Source: a virus
UHGV virus genome: UHGV-1353415
DNA length: 36,357 bases
Direction: 5' to 3' (one strand)
The notes below the pieces were generated by a model. It was not told the DNA's origin. It searched no databases and was given only the letters and a program-made list of their open reading frames with translations. Positions 27,679-36,357 of this stretch are shown in pieces. The stretch's first letter is position 1. Each line of letters opens with the position of its first letter. A program made the translations under genes and the position numbers.

Positions 27679-28327
27679 AAGGAAGGTTTGCTAGCTTGGC
27701 ATCAACGACAACGCCAATGATTTTACAGTTCCCATTGATTTCAATCATTGGGTATTGTGGATTGAGTGGTTTCAGGAATTTTCTACCGGCATCAATAACT
27801 AACTTTTTGAATGTCGCCTCGTTTTCCCCTTCAAGTTTGGCGACTACCAGCTTTCCATTACGTGGTTCGACTTCTGGGTCGACGAGAATAATCATCCCCT
27901 CAGGAATACTCAGTCCTGCCGGGGCAGTCATTGAATCGCCTTTAACGTCGAGCCAAAAAGAGTCTTCAGAACAATCTACCGTTGTGTCGTACCAGTTATC
28001 TATTGCACGCCTATGATATGGCTCTACAGCTTCCATCCAACATCCTGCGCTTACCCAACTAATTAGAGGATACGAACCTCTTGGATCATGCCTGCTGTGA
28101 TAGGCAATGTTTGAAAGACTATCCTCTCCTTTCAACAGGTAATCAGGGGAGCACTGCAAAGCCTTGGCTAAGGCCAATAGGTTTTCGCCATTGGGCTCAG
28201 TTTCAGATCGCTCCCATTGGGAAATAGCAACATTAGACACGCCAACCATCTTGCCAAGGGCAGCCTGCCTAATCTTGAGTTCTTTTCTGCGAGCGCGAAT
28301 ACGCTCACCCATCAGTTGTGTATTCAT
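27677..28327 (-). CDS. c2: phage repressor, P22 C2-type (HTH plus LexA-like S24 autocleavage domain)
   Basis: 216 aa, MNTQLMGERIRARRKELKIRQAALGKMVGVSNVAISQWERSE.. closely matches my recollection of P22 c2; C-terminal ..GDSMTAPAGLSIPEGMIILVDPE.. S24 motif. Confidence 0.9.
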   Translation of the reverse strand: MNTQLMGERIRARRKELKIRQAALGKMVGVSNVAISQWERSETEPNGENLLALAKALQCSPDYLLKGEDSLSNIAYHSRHDPRGSYPLISWVSAGCWMEAVEPYHRRAIDNWYDTTVDCSEDSFWLDVKGDSMTAPAGLSIPEGMIILVDPEVEPRNGKLVVAKLEGENEATFKKLVIDAGRKFLKPLNPQYPMIEINGNCKIIGVVVDAKLANLP

Positions 28328-28328
28328 A

Positions 28329-28393
28329 GTTAAGACATCTTAAATAAACTTGACTTAAGATTCCTTTGGTGGATAATTTAAGTATTCTTTAAT
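28329..28393 (+). promoter_or_regulatory. oR/pR region: three operator-like imperfect palindromes overlapping the pR and divergent pRM promoters
   Basis: AGTTAAGACATCTTAAAT, ACTTAAGATTC.. and ATTTAAGTATTCTTTAAT; pR reads TTGACT (28350..28355), 17 nt, ATAATT. Confidence 0.6.
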
Positions 28394-28407
28394 TTCGGAG
28401 CGAGTCT

Positions 28408-28593
28408 ATGTACAAAAAAGATGTTATTGACCACTTCGGAACCCAGCGTGCTGTTGCTAAAGCACTAGGCATTAGCGATGCAGCAGTCTCTCAGTGGAAA
28501 GAAGTTATCCCAGAGAAAGACGCCTATCGATTGGAAATCGTTACAGCTGGCGCCCTGAAGTATCAAGAAAGTGCTTACCGCCAAGCGGCATAA
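28408..28593 (+). CDS. cro: Cro repressor (P22-type)
   Basis: 61 aa, MYKKDVIDHFGTQRAVAKALGISDAAVSQW..; divergent from c2 across the operators. Confidence 0.8.
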   Translation: MYKKDVIDHFGTQRAVAKALGISDAAVSQWKEVIPEKDAYRLEIVTAGALKYQESAYRQAA

Positions 28594-28599
28594 GCAAAT

Positions 28600-28690
28600 T
28601 GCTCTTTAACAGTTCTGGCCTTTCACCTCTAACCGGGTGAGCAAACATCAGCGGCAAATCCATTGGGTGTGCCGCTATAACTCAATATCA
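28600..28690 (+). promoter_or_regulatory. nutR-like region (boxA-like GCTCTTTAAC plus downstream hairpins)
   Basis: GCTCTTTAAC at about 28606..28615; stem AGCGGCA...TGCCGCT downstream; position between cro and the cII-like gene. Confidence 0.3.
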
Positions 28691-28708
28691 ATATAGGAAA
28701 ATTAACAA

Positions 28709-29005
28709 ATGGCACAAGCAAGCTACAGCAAGCCAACACAGCGAGAAATTGATCGCGCTGAAACTGATTTACTCATCAACCTGTCAACGCTTACCCAGCG
28801 CGGTCTGGCAAAGATGATTGGCTGTCATGAATCGAAGATAAGCAGAACGGACTGGAGATTTATTGCTTCGGTCTTGTGTGCTTTCGGAATGGCATCAGAC
28901 ATCAGTCCGATTAGCAGGGCTTTTAAGTATGCGCTTGATGAAATCACAAAGAAAAAATCCCCGGCCGCCACCGAGGATTTTAAGCAAATTGATATGCAAT
29001 TCTGA
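28709..29005 (+). CDS. c1: CII-like transcriptional activator (P22 C1 analogue)
   Basis: 98-aa HTH protein in the cII position after cro. Confidence 0.6.
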   Translation: MAQASYSKPTQREIDRAETDLLINLSTLTQRGLAKMIGCHESKISRTDWRFIASVLCAFGMASDISPISRAFKYALDEITKKKSPAATEDFKQIDMQF

Positions 29006-29037
29006 GGGAATTACTGGATCAATCCACGGGAGTAATT

Positions 29038-29199
29038 ATGACAAAACGTCGTAAGAAATACCAGGAAAAAGAAGAGATTCGACACCCTGATTCACCTGAG
29101 GGATTAGTGGTAGCCGCAGCAAATAACAGGGCGTTCGCAGAGCGCCTTGTTGGTGTTTACAGACTAGCCAAAGCAGGAGTGAAACATGGGCGTCGTTAA
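29038..29199 (+). CDS. small basic ORF (53 aa), hypothetical
   Basis: ATG with SD GGGAG upstream; MTKRRKKYQEKEEIRHPDSPEG..; overlaps the replication gene start; below the track's length cut-off. Confidence 0.25.
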   Translation: MTKRRKKYQEKEEIRHPDSPEGLVVAAANNRAFAERLVGVYRLAKAGVKHGRR

Positions 29200-30007
29200 G
29201 TTAGCTGATTACAGGCCTCAACTGGAGGTCGTGGAGCATCGCGTGGCAGATACCGAAGATGGTTTCATGCGCGTTGCTAACGAGATTACCGACAGTCTGC
29301 TGATGGCTGATTTAACCGTCCGGCAGATGAAGGTGATGCTCGCTATCATGCGCAAGACATACGGATTCAATAAGCCGATGGATCGACTCACAAACACGCA
29401 GATAGCAGCCATGACAGGTATTCATCACACTCATGTTTGCGCTGCCAAGCGCCAGCTTATCGAGCGTAAATTCCTCATTGCTGATGGCGTGAAAATCGGA
29501 GTGAACAAGGTGGTTTCTCAGTGGATTAGCCAGGACAGCTTAACATTAGCTAAAACAGCTAATAAAACATTAGCCAAGTCGGCTAATGGGTATAAGCCAA
29601 GTCAGCTAAACACAAAAGACAATATACAAAAGACAATAAATACAAATACCCCCTTACCCCCTAACGGGGGCGGCGATGGGCAGGTTAAACCTGAACGTCG
29701 CAAGGCAGAACGAATCGACTACGAATCCTTCCTGAACGCCTACAACACCGAAGTCGGTGACAGACTTCCACATGCTGTTGCGGTCAACGAGAAACGCAAA
29801 CGCCGCCTGAAGAAAATCATCCCGCAACTGAAAACGCCAAACGTGGACGGTTTCAGAGCGTATGTCAGGGCGTTTGTGCATCAGGCCAAGCCGTTTTACT
29901 TCGGAGACAACGACACGGGCTGGACGGCAGATTTTGATTACCTGCTGAGGGAAGACTCGTTAACGGGAGTTCGGGAAGGGAAGTTTGCAGACAGGGGGAT
30001 TGCATGA
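29186..30007 (+). CDS. replication initiation protein (O-like)
   Basis: 273 aa; N-terminal HTH-like region; central direct repeats at DNA level (TTAGCTAAAACAGCTAATAAAACATTAGCCAAGTCGGCTAATGGGTATAAGCCAAGTCAGCTAAA) look like iteron-type origin repeats inside the gene. Confidence 0.65.
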   Translation: MGVVKLADYRPQLEVVEHRVADTEDGFMRVANEITDSLLMADLTVRQMKVMLAIMRKTYGFNKPMDRLTNTQIAAMTGIHHTHVCAAKRQLIERKFLIADGVKIGVNKVVSQWISQDSLTLAKTANKTLAKSANGYKPSQLNTKDNIQKTINTNTPLPPNGGGDGQVKPERRKAERIDYESFLNAYNTEVGDRLPHAVAVNEKRKRRLKKIIPQLKTPNVDGFRAYVRAFVHQAKPFYFGDNDTGWTADFDYLLREDSLTGVREGKFADRGIA

Positions 30008-31380
30008 GACAGGATATCGAAGCGAGCGTTATCGGTGGCCTGCTGATTGGTGGATTAACTCCAACCGCCAGTGACGTTCTGGCAACGCTTGAGCCGGAAG
30101 CGTTTTCAATTCCGCTCTACAGGAAAGCCTTCGAAGTTATCCGTAAGCAGGCGAGAAACAGAAACCTAATCGACGCGCTGATGGTTGCCGAGGCGTGCGG
30201 AGAGGAGCATTTCACCTCAATCCTGATGACCAGCAAAAACTGCCCGAGCGCCGCAAACCTGAAGGGATATGCCGGAATGGTCGCGGATAACTATCACCGC
30301 CGTCTGGTGCTGGAAATCATGGATGAAATGCGTGAACCAATTCAGAGCGGAACCATCGACGCATCGAGTCAGGCGATGGATGAACTTGTAAAGCGTCTTT
30401 CAGCCATCAGAAAGCCCCGTGACGAGGTTAAACCTGTACGGTTAGGGGAAATCATCACTGACTACACCGACACGCTTGACAGGCGTCTGAGGAACGGAGA
30501 AGAGTCAGATACCCTGAAGACCGGAATCGAAGAACTTGACGCCATCACCGGAGGGATGAACGCAGAAGACCTTGTGATAATCGCTGCTCGTCCTGGTATG
30601 GGGAAAACCGAACTGGCGCTGAAGATTGCCGAAGGCGTTGCAAGCCGCGTTATTCCTGGTTCTGACGTCAGGCGCGGGGTATTGATTTTCTCAATGGAAA
30701 TGAGCGCATTGCAGATTGCAGAGCGAAGCATTGCCAACGCCGGGAGGATGTCGGTTAGCGTGCTGCGAAATCCTGCATCGATGGATGACGAAGGCTGGGC
30801 GCGCGTTGCTAACGGCATGAGTCAGCTTGCAGATTTGGATGTATGGGTAGTCGATGCCTCGCGGTTATCGGTCGAAGAAATACGCTCAATCGCAGAACGG
30901 CACAAACAGGAAAATCCAAACCTGTCACTCATCATGGCGGATTATCTTGGCCTGATTGAGAAGCCGAAAGCAGACCGCAACGACCTCGCAATTGCTCACA
31001 TCTCCGGAAGCCTGAAGGCGATGGCGAAAGGCCTGAAAACACCGGTTATTTCCCTGAGTCAGCTTTCACGCGATGTTGAGAAGCGACCAAACAAACGCCC
31101 GACAAACGCAGATTTGCGTGATTCAGGAAGCATTGAACAGGACGCAGACTCAATCATCATGCTCTATCGGGAAGCGGTATATGACGAGAGCAGTAGCGCC
31201 GCGCCATTTGCTGAAATCATCGTGACGAAAAACCGTTTTGGCTCGCTTGGTACGGTTTACCAGCGGTTCTGTAACGGACACTTTGTTGCATGTGACCAGG
31301 ATGAAGCCAGACAGATTTGCACAGCATCAAATGCACCTGCTGCGCGTGGCAGACGATATGCACAAGGGGCTGACGTATGA
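30004..31380 (+). CDS. DnaB-family replicative DNA helicase
   Basis: 458 aa with Walker A ARPGMGKT and DnaB-like C-terminal motifs; ATGA overlap with the O-like gene. Confidence 0.85.
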   Translation: MRQDIEASVIGGLLIGGLTPTASDVLATLEPEAFSIPLYRKAFEVIRKQARNRNLIDALMVAEACGEEHFTSILMTSKNCPSAANLKGYAGMVADNYHRRLVLEIMDEMREPIQSGTIDASSQAMDELVKRLSAIRKPRDEVKPVRLGEIITDYTDTLDRRLRNGEESDTLKTGIEELDAITGGMNAEDLVIIAARPGMGKTELALKIAEGVASRVIPGSDVRRGVLIFSMEMSALQIAERSIANAGRMSVSVLRNPASMDDEGWARVANGMSQLADLDVWVVDASRLSVEEIRSIAERHKQENPNLSLIMADYLGLIEKPKADRNDLAIAHISGSLKAMAKGLKTPVISLSQLSRDVEKRPNKRPTNADLRDSGSIEQDADSIIMLYREAVYDESSSAAPFAEIIVTKNRFGSLGTVYQRFCNGHFVACDQDEARQICTASNAPAARGRRYAQGADV

Positions 31381-31405
31381 CCATCTACATCACTGAGCTA
31401 ATAAC

Positions 31406-31436
31406 AGGCCTGCTGGTAATCGCAGGCCTTTTTATT
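31406..31436 (+). terminator. Rho-independent terminator after the replication genes (tR2-like)
   Basis: AGGCCTG-(loop)-CAGGCCT followed by TTTTTATTT. Confidence 0.5.
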
Positions 31437-31453
31437 TGGGGGAGAGGGAAGTC

Positions 31454-31636
31454 ATGAATCTGGACGAGCAAGATGCACAAACTATTAGCTCATACATAAG
31501 GGCATCAAGACCAGATTACAAAGGTCCGGTGTTCGTAGATTTATCTCGCCTTGAAGAGATTTACATGTGGGAAGCAAGGCTACTTACGCATCTTTTTATT
31601 CGCAAGATGACTAGCAACATTACAAAACCAATGTAA
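31454..31636 (+). CDS. hypothetical small protein (nin region)
   Basis: ATG at 31454 with SD GGGAGAGGGAAG (track start 31436 is TTG); 60 aa. Confidence 0.4.
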   Translation: MNLDEQDAQTISSYIRASRPDYKGPVFVDLSRLEEIYMWEARLLTHLFIRKMTSNITKPM

Positions 31637-31650
31637 CTGGAGAGGTGAAT

Positions 31651-31866
31651 GTGAGCACACTCGCAGACCTTATTCATGCCGATATGGCGGAAGATGGAGC
31701 AAGGCGTAATAGGTACTGGAAATCATCAAGCCTTCCAGTTTGTGAAAGATTCAACCACAGGCCAAAACCAAAACGTAGCCGACGAGACAAGGTGTTGAAA
31801 AAACTCATGCAAATAAACATGGCTGGTTTTGTCAGATTCGTGAGTGAAACGATTAACGGTGATTGA
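31651..31866 (+). CDS. hypothetical small basic protein (start uncertain)
   Basis: ORF with GTG starts at 31645/31651 after GGAGAGG; Lys/Arg-rich. Confidence 0.3.
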   Translation: MSTLADLIHADMAEDGARRNRYWKSSSLPVCERFNHRPKPKRSRRDKVLKKLMQINMAGFVRFVSETINGD

Positions 31867-31867
31867 T

Positions 31868-32056
31868 ATGGACGATAACTTAGAGAGATTTGAAGATTGG
31901 TGCGCTGATGAACTTGGTGTCTCCGCTTGCTTCATTCGACAAATGAGAAGCAAGAATATTTTGGGCGTGATTGTGTATAAACGAGTTGAAATAAACAAGA
32001 GATACAGGGCTTGGATGGCCGCAGTTCGCACCGCCGGAGTCAAAGTGAAGGAGTAA
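31868..32056 (+). CDS. hypothetical small protein (start uncertain)
   Basis: ATG at 31868 (track GTG start 31844); ends just before ninB. Confidence 0.3.
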   Translation: MDDNLERFEDWCADELGVSACFIRQMRSKNILGVIVYKRVEINKRYRAWMAAVRTAGVKVKE

Positions 32057-32058
32057 CG

Positions 32059-32469
32059 ATGAAGCAAACAATCTTCCTCCGAACTAAGCAACAACAGCAA
32101 GCCGCAATCAACGCCATCCTCGCAACACCACTCGATAAAGACAAGCCAGTCACCATCCGCATTACTGACTACAAGCGCAACCTTGACCAGAACGCAAAAT
32201 TTCACGCGATGCTGGCGGATATCGCTAGGCAAGTTCAGTGGCGCGATAAATGGTTAAAACCAGAACAATGGAAGGTTTTGTTGATCAGCGGTCATGCAGT
32301 GGCAACAAAGCAGGAAGCTGATGTTTTGCCCGGGCTTGAAGGCGAATACGTCAACATTCGCGAAAGCAGCGCGCAGATGAGTGTGAAGCGTATGGCAAGT
32401 CTGATTGAGTACACAACAGCCTGGGCTATTGGTCAGGGTGTCAGATTTACCGACAGGAGGTACGAATGA
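32059..32469 (+). CDS. ninB: NinB recombination protein
   Basis: MKQTIFLRT.. with ..[33 protein letters not shown].. resembling lambda NinB (..RSLDQNRKLWACLGDVSRQVEWHGRWLDAESWK..). Confidence 0.7.
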   Translation: MKQTIFLRTKQQQQAAINAILATPLDKDKPVTIRITDYKRNLDQNAKFHAMLADIARQVQWRDKWLKPEQWKVLLISGHAVATKQEADVLPGLEGEYVNIRESSAQMSVKRMASLIEYTTAWAIGQGVRFTDRRYE

Positions 32470-32642
32470 GGCGACAGCGACGAAGTTTCACCGACATCAT
32501 CTGCGAAAACTGCAAATACCTTCCAACGAAACGCTCCAGAAATAAACGCAAGCCAATCCCAAAAGAATCTGACGTAAAAACCTTCAACTACACGGCTCAC
32601 CTGTGGGATATCCGGTGGCTAAGACATCGTGCGAGGAAATGA
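32466..32642 (+). CDS. ninD: NinD-like small protein
   Basis: 58-aa [30 protein letters not shown].. with ATGA overlaps on both sides; not in the ORF track (below length cut-off). Confidence 0.45.
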   Translation: MRRQRRSFTDIICENCKYLPTKRSRNKRKPIPKESDVKTFNYTAHLWDIRWLRHRARK

Positions 32643-33028
32643 CAATGGATTATTCACAGTTAAGTGATTTTGAAATTAACGTGGCGGTATTCGAAGCCAT
32701 TCATAACGGATCACCGGATTACAAAGAAGGTGAGAATGGCGCGATGGTGTTTATCTCATTTGAGGGAGACATTGTAAACGGAGACGCAGTTGAAGTAGAG
32801 GTTGAGCGCGGATCCTTTAACCCATGCGCAAACCCAGCAGACGCATGGCCGATTATCACTGAAAACAACATCAGCATAATTTTAGACAATCCCTCAATGC
32901 CGTGCGCTACAGACAACGCAAGGGACTTATTTGATGATGCCGGACCGAATGTTGGTGTCGCATATGACAATCCACTCCGTGCCGCCATGATTGTCTTTCT
33001 CATGATGCAGGACGCCAATAATGCTTAG
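32639..33028 (+). CDS. hypothetical nin-region protein
   Basis: ATG overlapping the upstream stop (track start 32603); acidic 129-aa product. Confidence 0.45.
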   Translation: MTMDYSQLSDFEINVAVFEAIHNGSPDYKEGENGAMVFISFEGDIVNGDAVEVEVERGSFNPCANPADAWPIITENNISIILDNPSMPCATDNARDLFDDAGPNVGVAYDNPLRAAMIVFLMMQDANNA

Positions 33029-33197
33029 CCCATCCCAATCCCTTCAATACCAGAAAGAAAGCGTCGAGCGGGCTTTAACGTGCGCTAACTGCGGTCAGAA
33101 GCTGCATGTGCTGGAAGTTCACATGTGTGAGCACTGCTGCGCAGAACTGATGAGCGATCCGAATAGCTCGATGCACGAGGAAGAAGACGATGGCTAA
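33021..33197 (+). CDS. ninF: NinF-like protein
   Basis: 58 aa [40 protein letters not shown].. matches my recollection of lambda NinF; not in the ORF track. Confidence 0.6.
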   Translation: MLSPSQSLQYQKESVERALTCANCGQKLHVLEVHMCEHCCAELMSDPNSSMHEEEDDG

Positions 33198-33801
33198 ACC
33201 AGCGCGAAGACGATGTAAAAACGATGAATGTCGGGAATGGTTTCACCCTGCATTCGCTAATCAGTGGTGGTGCTCTCCAGAGTGTGGAACCAAGATAGCA
33301 CTCGAACGACGAAGCAAAGAACGCGAAAAAGCGGAAAAGGCAGCAGAGAAGAAACGACGACGAGAGGAGCAGAAACAGAAAGATAAACTTAAGATTCGAA
33401 AACTCGCCTTAAAGCCCCGCAGTTACTGGATTAAACAAGCCCAACAAGCCGTAAACGCCTTCATCAGAGAAAGAGACCGCGACTTACCATGTATCTCGTG
33501 CGGAACGCTCACGTCTGCTCAGTGGGATGCCGGGCATTACCGGACAACTGCTGCGGCACCTCAACTCCGATTTGATGAACGCAATATTCACAAGCAATGC
33601 GTGGTGTGCAACCAGCACAAAAGCGGAAATCTCGTTCCGTATCGCGTCGAACTGATTAGCCGCATCGGGCAGGAAGCAGTAGACGAAATCGAATCAAACC
33701 ATAACCGCCATCGCTGGACTATCGAAGAGTGCAAGGCGATCAAGGCAGAGTACCAACAGAAACTCAAAGACCTACGAAATAGCAGAAGTGAGGCCGCATG
33801 A
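33190..33801 (+). CDS. ninG: NinG / Rap recombination endonuclease
   Basis: 203 aa with Cys clusters ([24 protein letters not shown]) as in lambda NinG. Confidence 0.8.
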   Translation: MAKPARRRCKNDECREWFHPAFANQWWCSPECGTKIALERRSKEREKAEKAAEKKRRREEQKQKDKLKIRKLALKPRSYWIKQAQQAVNAFIRERDRDLPCISCGTLTSAQWDAGHYRTTAAAPQLRFDERNIHKQCVVCNQHKSGNLVPYRVELISRIGQEAVDEIESNHNRHRWTIEECKAIKAEYQQKLKDLRNSRSEAA

Positions 33802-34004
33802 CGTTCTCAGTAAAAACCATTCCAGACATGCTCGTTGAAGCATACGGAAACCAGACAGAAGTAGCACGCAGACTGAAATGTAGTCGCGGTACGGTCAGAA
33901 AATACGTTGATGATAAAGACGGGAAAATGCACGCCATCGTCAACGACGTTCTCATGGTTCATCGCGGATGGAGTGAAAGAGATGCGCTATTACGAAAAAA
34001 TTGA
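33798..34004 (+). CDS. ninH: NinH
   Basis: 68 aa [37 protein letters not shown].. HTH protein, lambda NinH-like. Confidence 0.7.
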   Translation: MTFSVKTIPDMLVEAYGNQTEVARRLKCSRGTVRKYVDDKDGKMHAIVNDVLMVHRGWSERDALLRKN

Positions 34005-34647
34005 TGGCAGCAAATACCGAAATATTTTGGTAGTTGGCGATCTGCACGGATGCTACACGAACCTGATGAAAAAACTGGAGACGATAGGATTCGACACCAA
34101 AAAAGACCTGCTTATCTCAGTGGGCGATTTGGTTGATCGCGGTACAGAGAACGTCGAATGCCTGGAATTAATCACATTCCCCTGGTTCAGAGCTGTACGT
34201 GGAAACCATGAGCAAATGATGATTGATGGCTTATCAGAGCGTGGAAACGTTAATCACTGGCTGCTTAATGGCGGTGGCTGGTTCTTTAATCTCGATTACG
34301 ACAAAGAAATTCTGGCTAAAGCTCTTGCCCATAAAGCAGATGAACTTCCGTTAATCATCGAACTGGTGAGCAAAGATAAAAAATATGTCATTTGCCACGC
34401 CGATTATCCTTGTGACGAATACGAGTTTGGAAAGCCAGTTGATCATCAGCAGGCAATCTGGAACCGCGAACGAATCAGCAACTCACAAGACGGGATCGTG
34501 AAAGAAATCAAAGGCGCGGACACGTTCATCTTTGGTCATACGCCAGCAGTGAAACCACTCAAGTTTGCCAACCAGATGTATATCGATACCGGCGCAGTGT
34601 TCTGCGGAAACCTCACATTGATTCAGGTACAGGGAGAAGGCGCATGA
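33982..34647 (+). CDS. serine/threonine protein phosphatase (lambda PPase-like, NinI)
   Basis: [23 protein letters not shown]...GDLVDRG...GNHE calcineurin-like metallophosphatase motifs; start at internal ATG 33982. Confidence 0.85.
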   Translation: MRYYEKIDGSKYRNILVVGDLHGCYTNLMKKLETIGFDTKKDLLISVGDLVDRGTENVECLELITFPWFRAVRGNHEQMMIDGLSERGNVNHWLLNGGGWFFNLDYDKEILAKALAHKADELPLIIELVSKDKKYVICHADYPCDEYEFGKPVDHQQAIWNRERISNSQDGIVKEIKGADTFIFGHTPAVKPLKFANQMYIDTGAVFCGNLTLIQVQGEGA

Positions 34648-35267
34648 GACTCGAAAGCGTAGCTAAATTTCATTCGCCAAAAAGCCCGATGATGAGCGAC
34701 TCACCACGGGCCACGGCTTCTGACTCTCTTTCCGGTACTGATGTGATGGCTGCTATGGGGATGGCGCAATCACAAGCCGGATTCGGTATGACTGCATTCT
34801 GCGGTAAGCACGAACTCAGCCAGAACGACAAACAAAAGGCTATCAACTATCTGATGCAATTTGCACACAAGGTATCGGGGAAATACCGTGGCGTTGCAAA
34901 GCTTGAAGGAAATACTAAGGCAAAGGTATTGCAAGTGCTCGCAACATTCGCTTATGCGGATTATTGCCGTAGTGCCGCGACGCCGGGCGCAAGATGCAGA
35001 GATTGCCACGGTACAGGTCGTGCGGTTGATATAGCAAAAACAGAGCAGTGGGGGAGAGTTGTTGAGAAAGAGTGCGGAAGATGCAAAGGCGTCGGCTATT
35101 CAAGAATGCCAGCAAGCGCCGCATATCGCGCTGTAACGATGCTAATCCCAAACCTTACCCAACCCACCTGGTCACGCACTGTTAAGCCGCTGTATGACGC
35201 TCTGGTGGTGCAATGCCACAAGGAAGAGTCAATCGCAGACAATATTTTGAATGCGGTCACACGTTAG
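34644..35267 (+). CDS. Q: late-gene antiterminator Q
   Basis: 207 aa [27 protein letters not shown].. with [14 protein letters not shown] zinc motif; closely matches my recollection of lambda Q. Confidence 0.85.
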   Translation: MRLESVAKFHSPKSPMMSDSPRATASDSLSGTDVMAAMGMAQSQAGFGMTAFCGKHELSQNDKQKAINYLMQFAHKVSGKYRGVAKLEGNTKAKVLQVLATFAYADYCRSAATPGARCRDCHGTGRAVDIAKTEQWGRVVEKECGRCKGVGYSRMPASAAYRAVTMLIPNLTQPTWSRTVKPLYDALVVQCHKEESIADNILNAVTR

Positions 35268-35309
35268 CAGCATGATTGCCACGGATGGCAACATATTAAC
35301 GGCATGATA

Positions 35310-35338
35310 TTGACTTTTTGAATAAAGTTGGGTAAATT
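35310..35338 (+). promoter_or_regulatory. pR' late promoter (with qut region downstream)
   Basis: TTGACT, 17 nt, TAAATT; context TTGACTTTTTGAATAAAGTTGGGTAAATTTGACCCAACGATGGG matches the lambda pR' region as I recall it. Confidence 0.6.
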
Positions 35339-35478
35339 TGACCCAACGATGGGTTAATTCGCTCGTTGTGGTAGTGAGATAAAAAGAGGCGGCGCTTACT
35401 ACCGATTCCGCCTAGTTGGTCACTTCGACGTATCGTCTGGAACTCCAACCATCGCAGGCTGAGAGGTCTGCAAATGCA

Positions 35479-35537
35479 ATCCCGAAACAGTTCGCAGGTA
35501 ATAGTTAGAGCCTGCATAACGGTTTCGGGATTTTTTA
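35479..35537 (+). terminator. tR' terminator (end of the short 6S-type late leader transcript)
   Basis: Long hairpin ATCCCGAAAC...GTTTCGGGAT followed by TTTTTTAT. Confidence 0.6.
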
Positions 35538-35540
35538 TTT

Positions 35541-35615
35541 GGGTCAGTCGTATAAAGGTCATTACGGAAGGCTGTTAACCTTCTTATCGTGGTTCGAGTC
35601 CACGCTGTCCCGCCA
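35541..35615 (+). tRNA. tRNA-like gene, anticodon GUU (Asn-like), imperfect acceptor and D stems
   Basis: Hand-folded cloverleaf: anticodon arm GAAGG-CTGTTAA-CCTTC, T arm CGTGG-TTCGAGT-CCACG, 3' CCA present; one acceptor mismatch. Confidence 0.45.
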
Positions 35616-35620
35616 AACAT

Positions 35621-35696
35621 GCTGGTTTAGCTCTAATGGTAGAGCAGTCGCCTTGTAAGCGAATGGGTAGCGGTTCAAGTCCGTTAACCAGCACCA
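35621..35696 (+). tRNA. tRNA, anticodon UGU (Thr-like)
   Basis: Hand-folded: acceptor GCTGGTT/AACCAGC, D arm GCTC-TAATGGTA-GAGC, anticodon loop CTTGTAA, T arm AGCGG-TTCAAGT-CCGTT, discriminator A, CCA. Confidence 0.6.
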
Positions 35697-35940
35697 TAAC
35701 TGAGCCGTAGCCACTGGCTATATCCTGAATTCATCAGTGATAGTTACGCTGCGGCCTTCTACACATGATCTTCGTGAAAGCGGGTGGCAGGAGGTCGCGC
35801 TAACAACCTCCTGCTGTTTTGCCCGTGCATATCGGTCACGAACAAATCTGATTACTAAACACAGTAGCCTGGATTTGTTCTATCAGTAATCGACCTTATT
35901 CCTAATTAAATAGAGCAAATCCCCTTATTGGGGGTAAGAC

Positions 35941-36264
35941 ATGAAGATGCCAGAAAAACATGACCTGTTAGCCGCCATTCTCGCGGCAAAGGAACAAGGC
36001 ATCGGGGCAATCCTTGCGTTTGCAATGGCGTACCTTCGCGGAAGATATAATGGCGGTGCGTTTACAAAAACAGTAATCGACGCAACGATGTGCGCCATTA
36101 TCGCCTGGTTCATTCGTGACCTTCTCGACTTCGCCGGATTAAGTAGCAATCTCGCTTATATAACGAGCGTGTTCATCGGCTACATCGGTACTGACTCGAT
36201 TGGTTCGCTTATCAAACGCTTCGCTACTAAAAAAGCCGGAGTAGAAGATGGTGGAAATCAATAA
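35941..36264 (+). CDS. S: holin S (class I, dual-start)
   Basis: 107 aa [20 protein letters not shown].. closely matches my recollection of lambda S; Met1-Lys2-Met3 dual start. Confidence 0.85.
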   Translation: MKMPEKHDLLAAILAAKEQGIGAILAFAMAYLRGRYNGGAFTKTVIDATMCAIIAWFIRDLLDFAGLSSNLAYITSVFIGYIGTDSIGSLIKRFATKKAGVEDGGNQ

Positions 36265-36357
36265 TCAACGTAAGGCGTTCCTCGATATGCTGGCGTGGTC
36301 AGAGGGAACTGATAACGGACGTCAGAAAACCAGAAATCATGGTTATGACGTCATTGT
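36248..36357 (+). CDS. R: endolysin R (lytic transglycosylase), 3'-truncated by window edge
   Basis: [36 protein letters not shown].. matches the lambda R N-terminus; start overlaps the end of S. Confidence 0.8.
   Translation, partial: MVEINNQRKAFLDMLAWSEGTDNGRQKTRNHGYDVI

Noticed and set aside
35268-35940. Possible toxin cargo (stx-like) between Q and S next to the tRNAs
   Set aside because: No substantial ORF on either strand; sequence apart from the tRNA insertion matches the lambda pR'-S leader as recalled.
1-36357. CRISPR arrays or other regularly spaced short repeats
   Set aside because: No repeat-spacer periodicity seen; repeats found are the IS1 terminal repeats, int arm-type repeats, Ea22 junction repeats and iteron-like repeats inside the O-like gene.

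Overview
The window reads as a near-complete mosaic temperate phage of an enterobacterial host (E. coli/Shigella-like; IS1 present), laid out in vegetative order: head genes, contractile-tail genes, accessory region, attP-like repeats, integrase, early-left operon, immunity region, replication genes, nin region, Q, S, R. Everything below is from reading the sequence and the ORF track by eye and from recalled protein families; no database search or computation was run, and coordinates of non-ORF features are hand-counted (about +/-2 nt). Left ~16 kb (+ strand): 5'-truncated scaffold/protease-like gene, DUF2190-like head gene, major capsid, neck genes, sheath, tube, chaperone with a -1 frameshift extension, tape measure, baseplate hub, spike, J-like and I-like proteins, tail fibre and Tfa. 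Between the hub and spike genes sits a lower-GC insertion: a secreted small protein plus a self-contained two-gene cassette (own palindromic operator and terminator) whose second gene looks like a YafO-family toxin and whose first gene is an unrecognised 190-aa protein. This is my best candidate for an undescribed toxin-antitoxin or abortive-infection module. Downstream of the tail fibre, an acyltransferase-3 (O-antigen acetylase-like) gene is split by IS1. The right half is lambdoid: tyrosine integrase and convergent AlpA-like excisionase, a leftward early operon (three Ea22-like paralogues, MazG-like protein, Gp157, RecT, cIII, Ral-like, N-like), P22-type c2/cro/c1 immunity with operators, O-like and DnaB-like replication genes, a lambda-like nin region (NinB/D/F/G/H, phosphatase), Q, pR'/tR', two tRNA-like genes, holin S and the start of endolysin R. 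Other accessory loci worth a look are an 80-aa moron with its own promoter and a G8 tract in its leader, and three small ORFs in the ren position.
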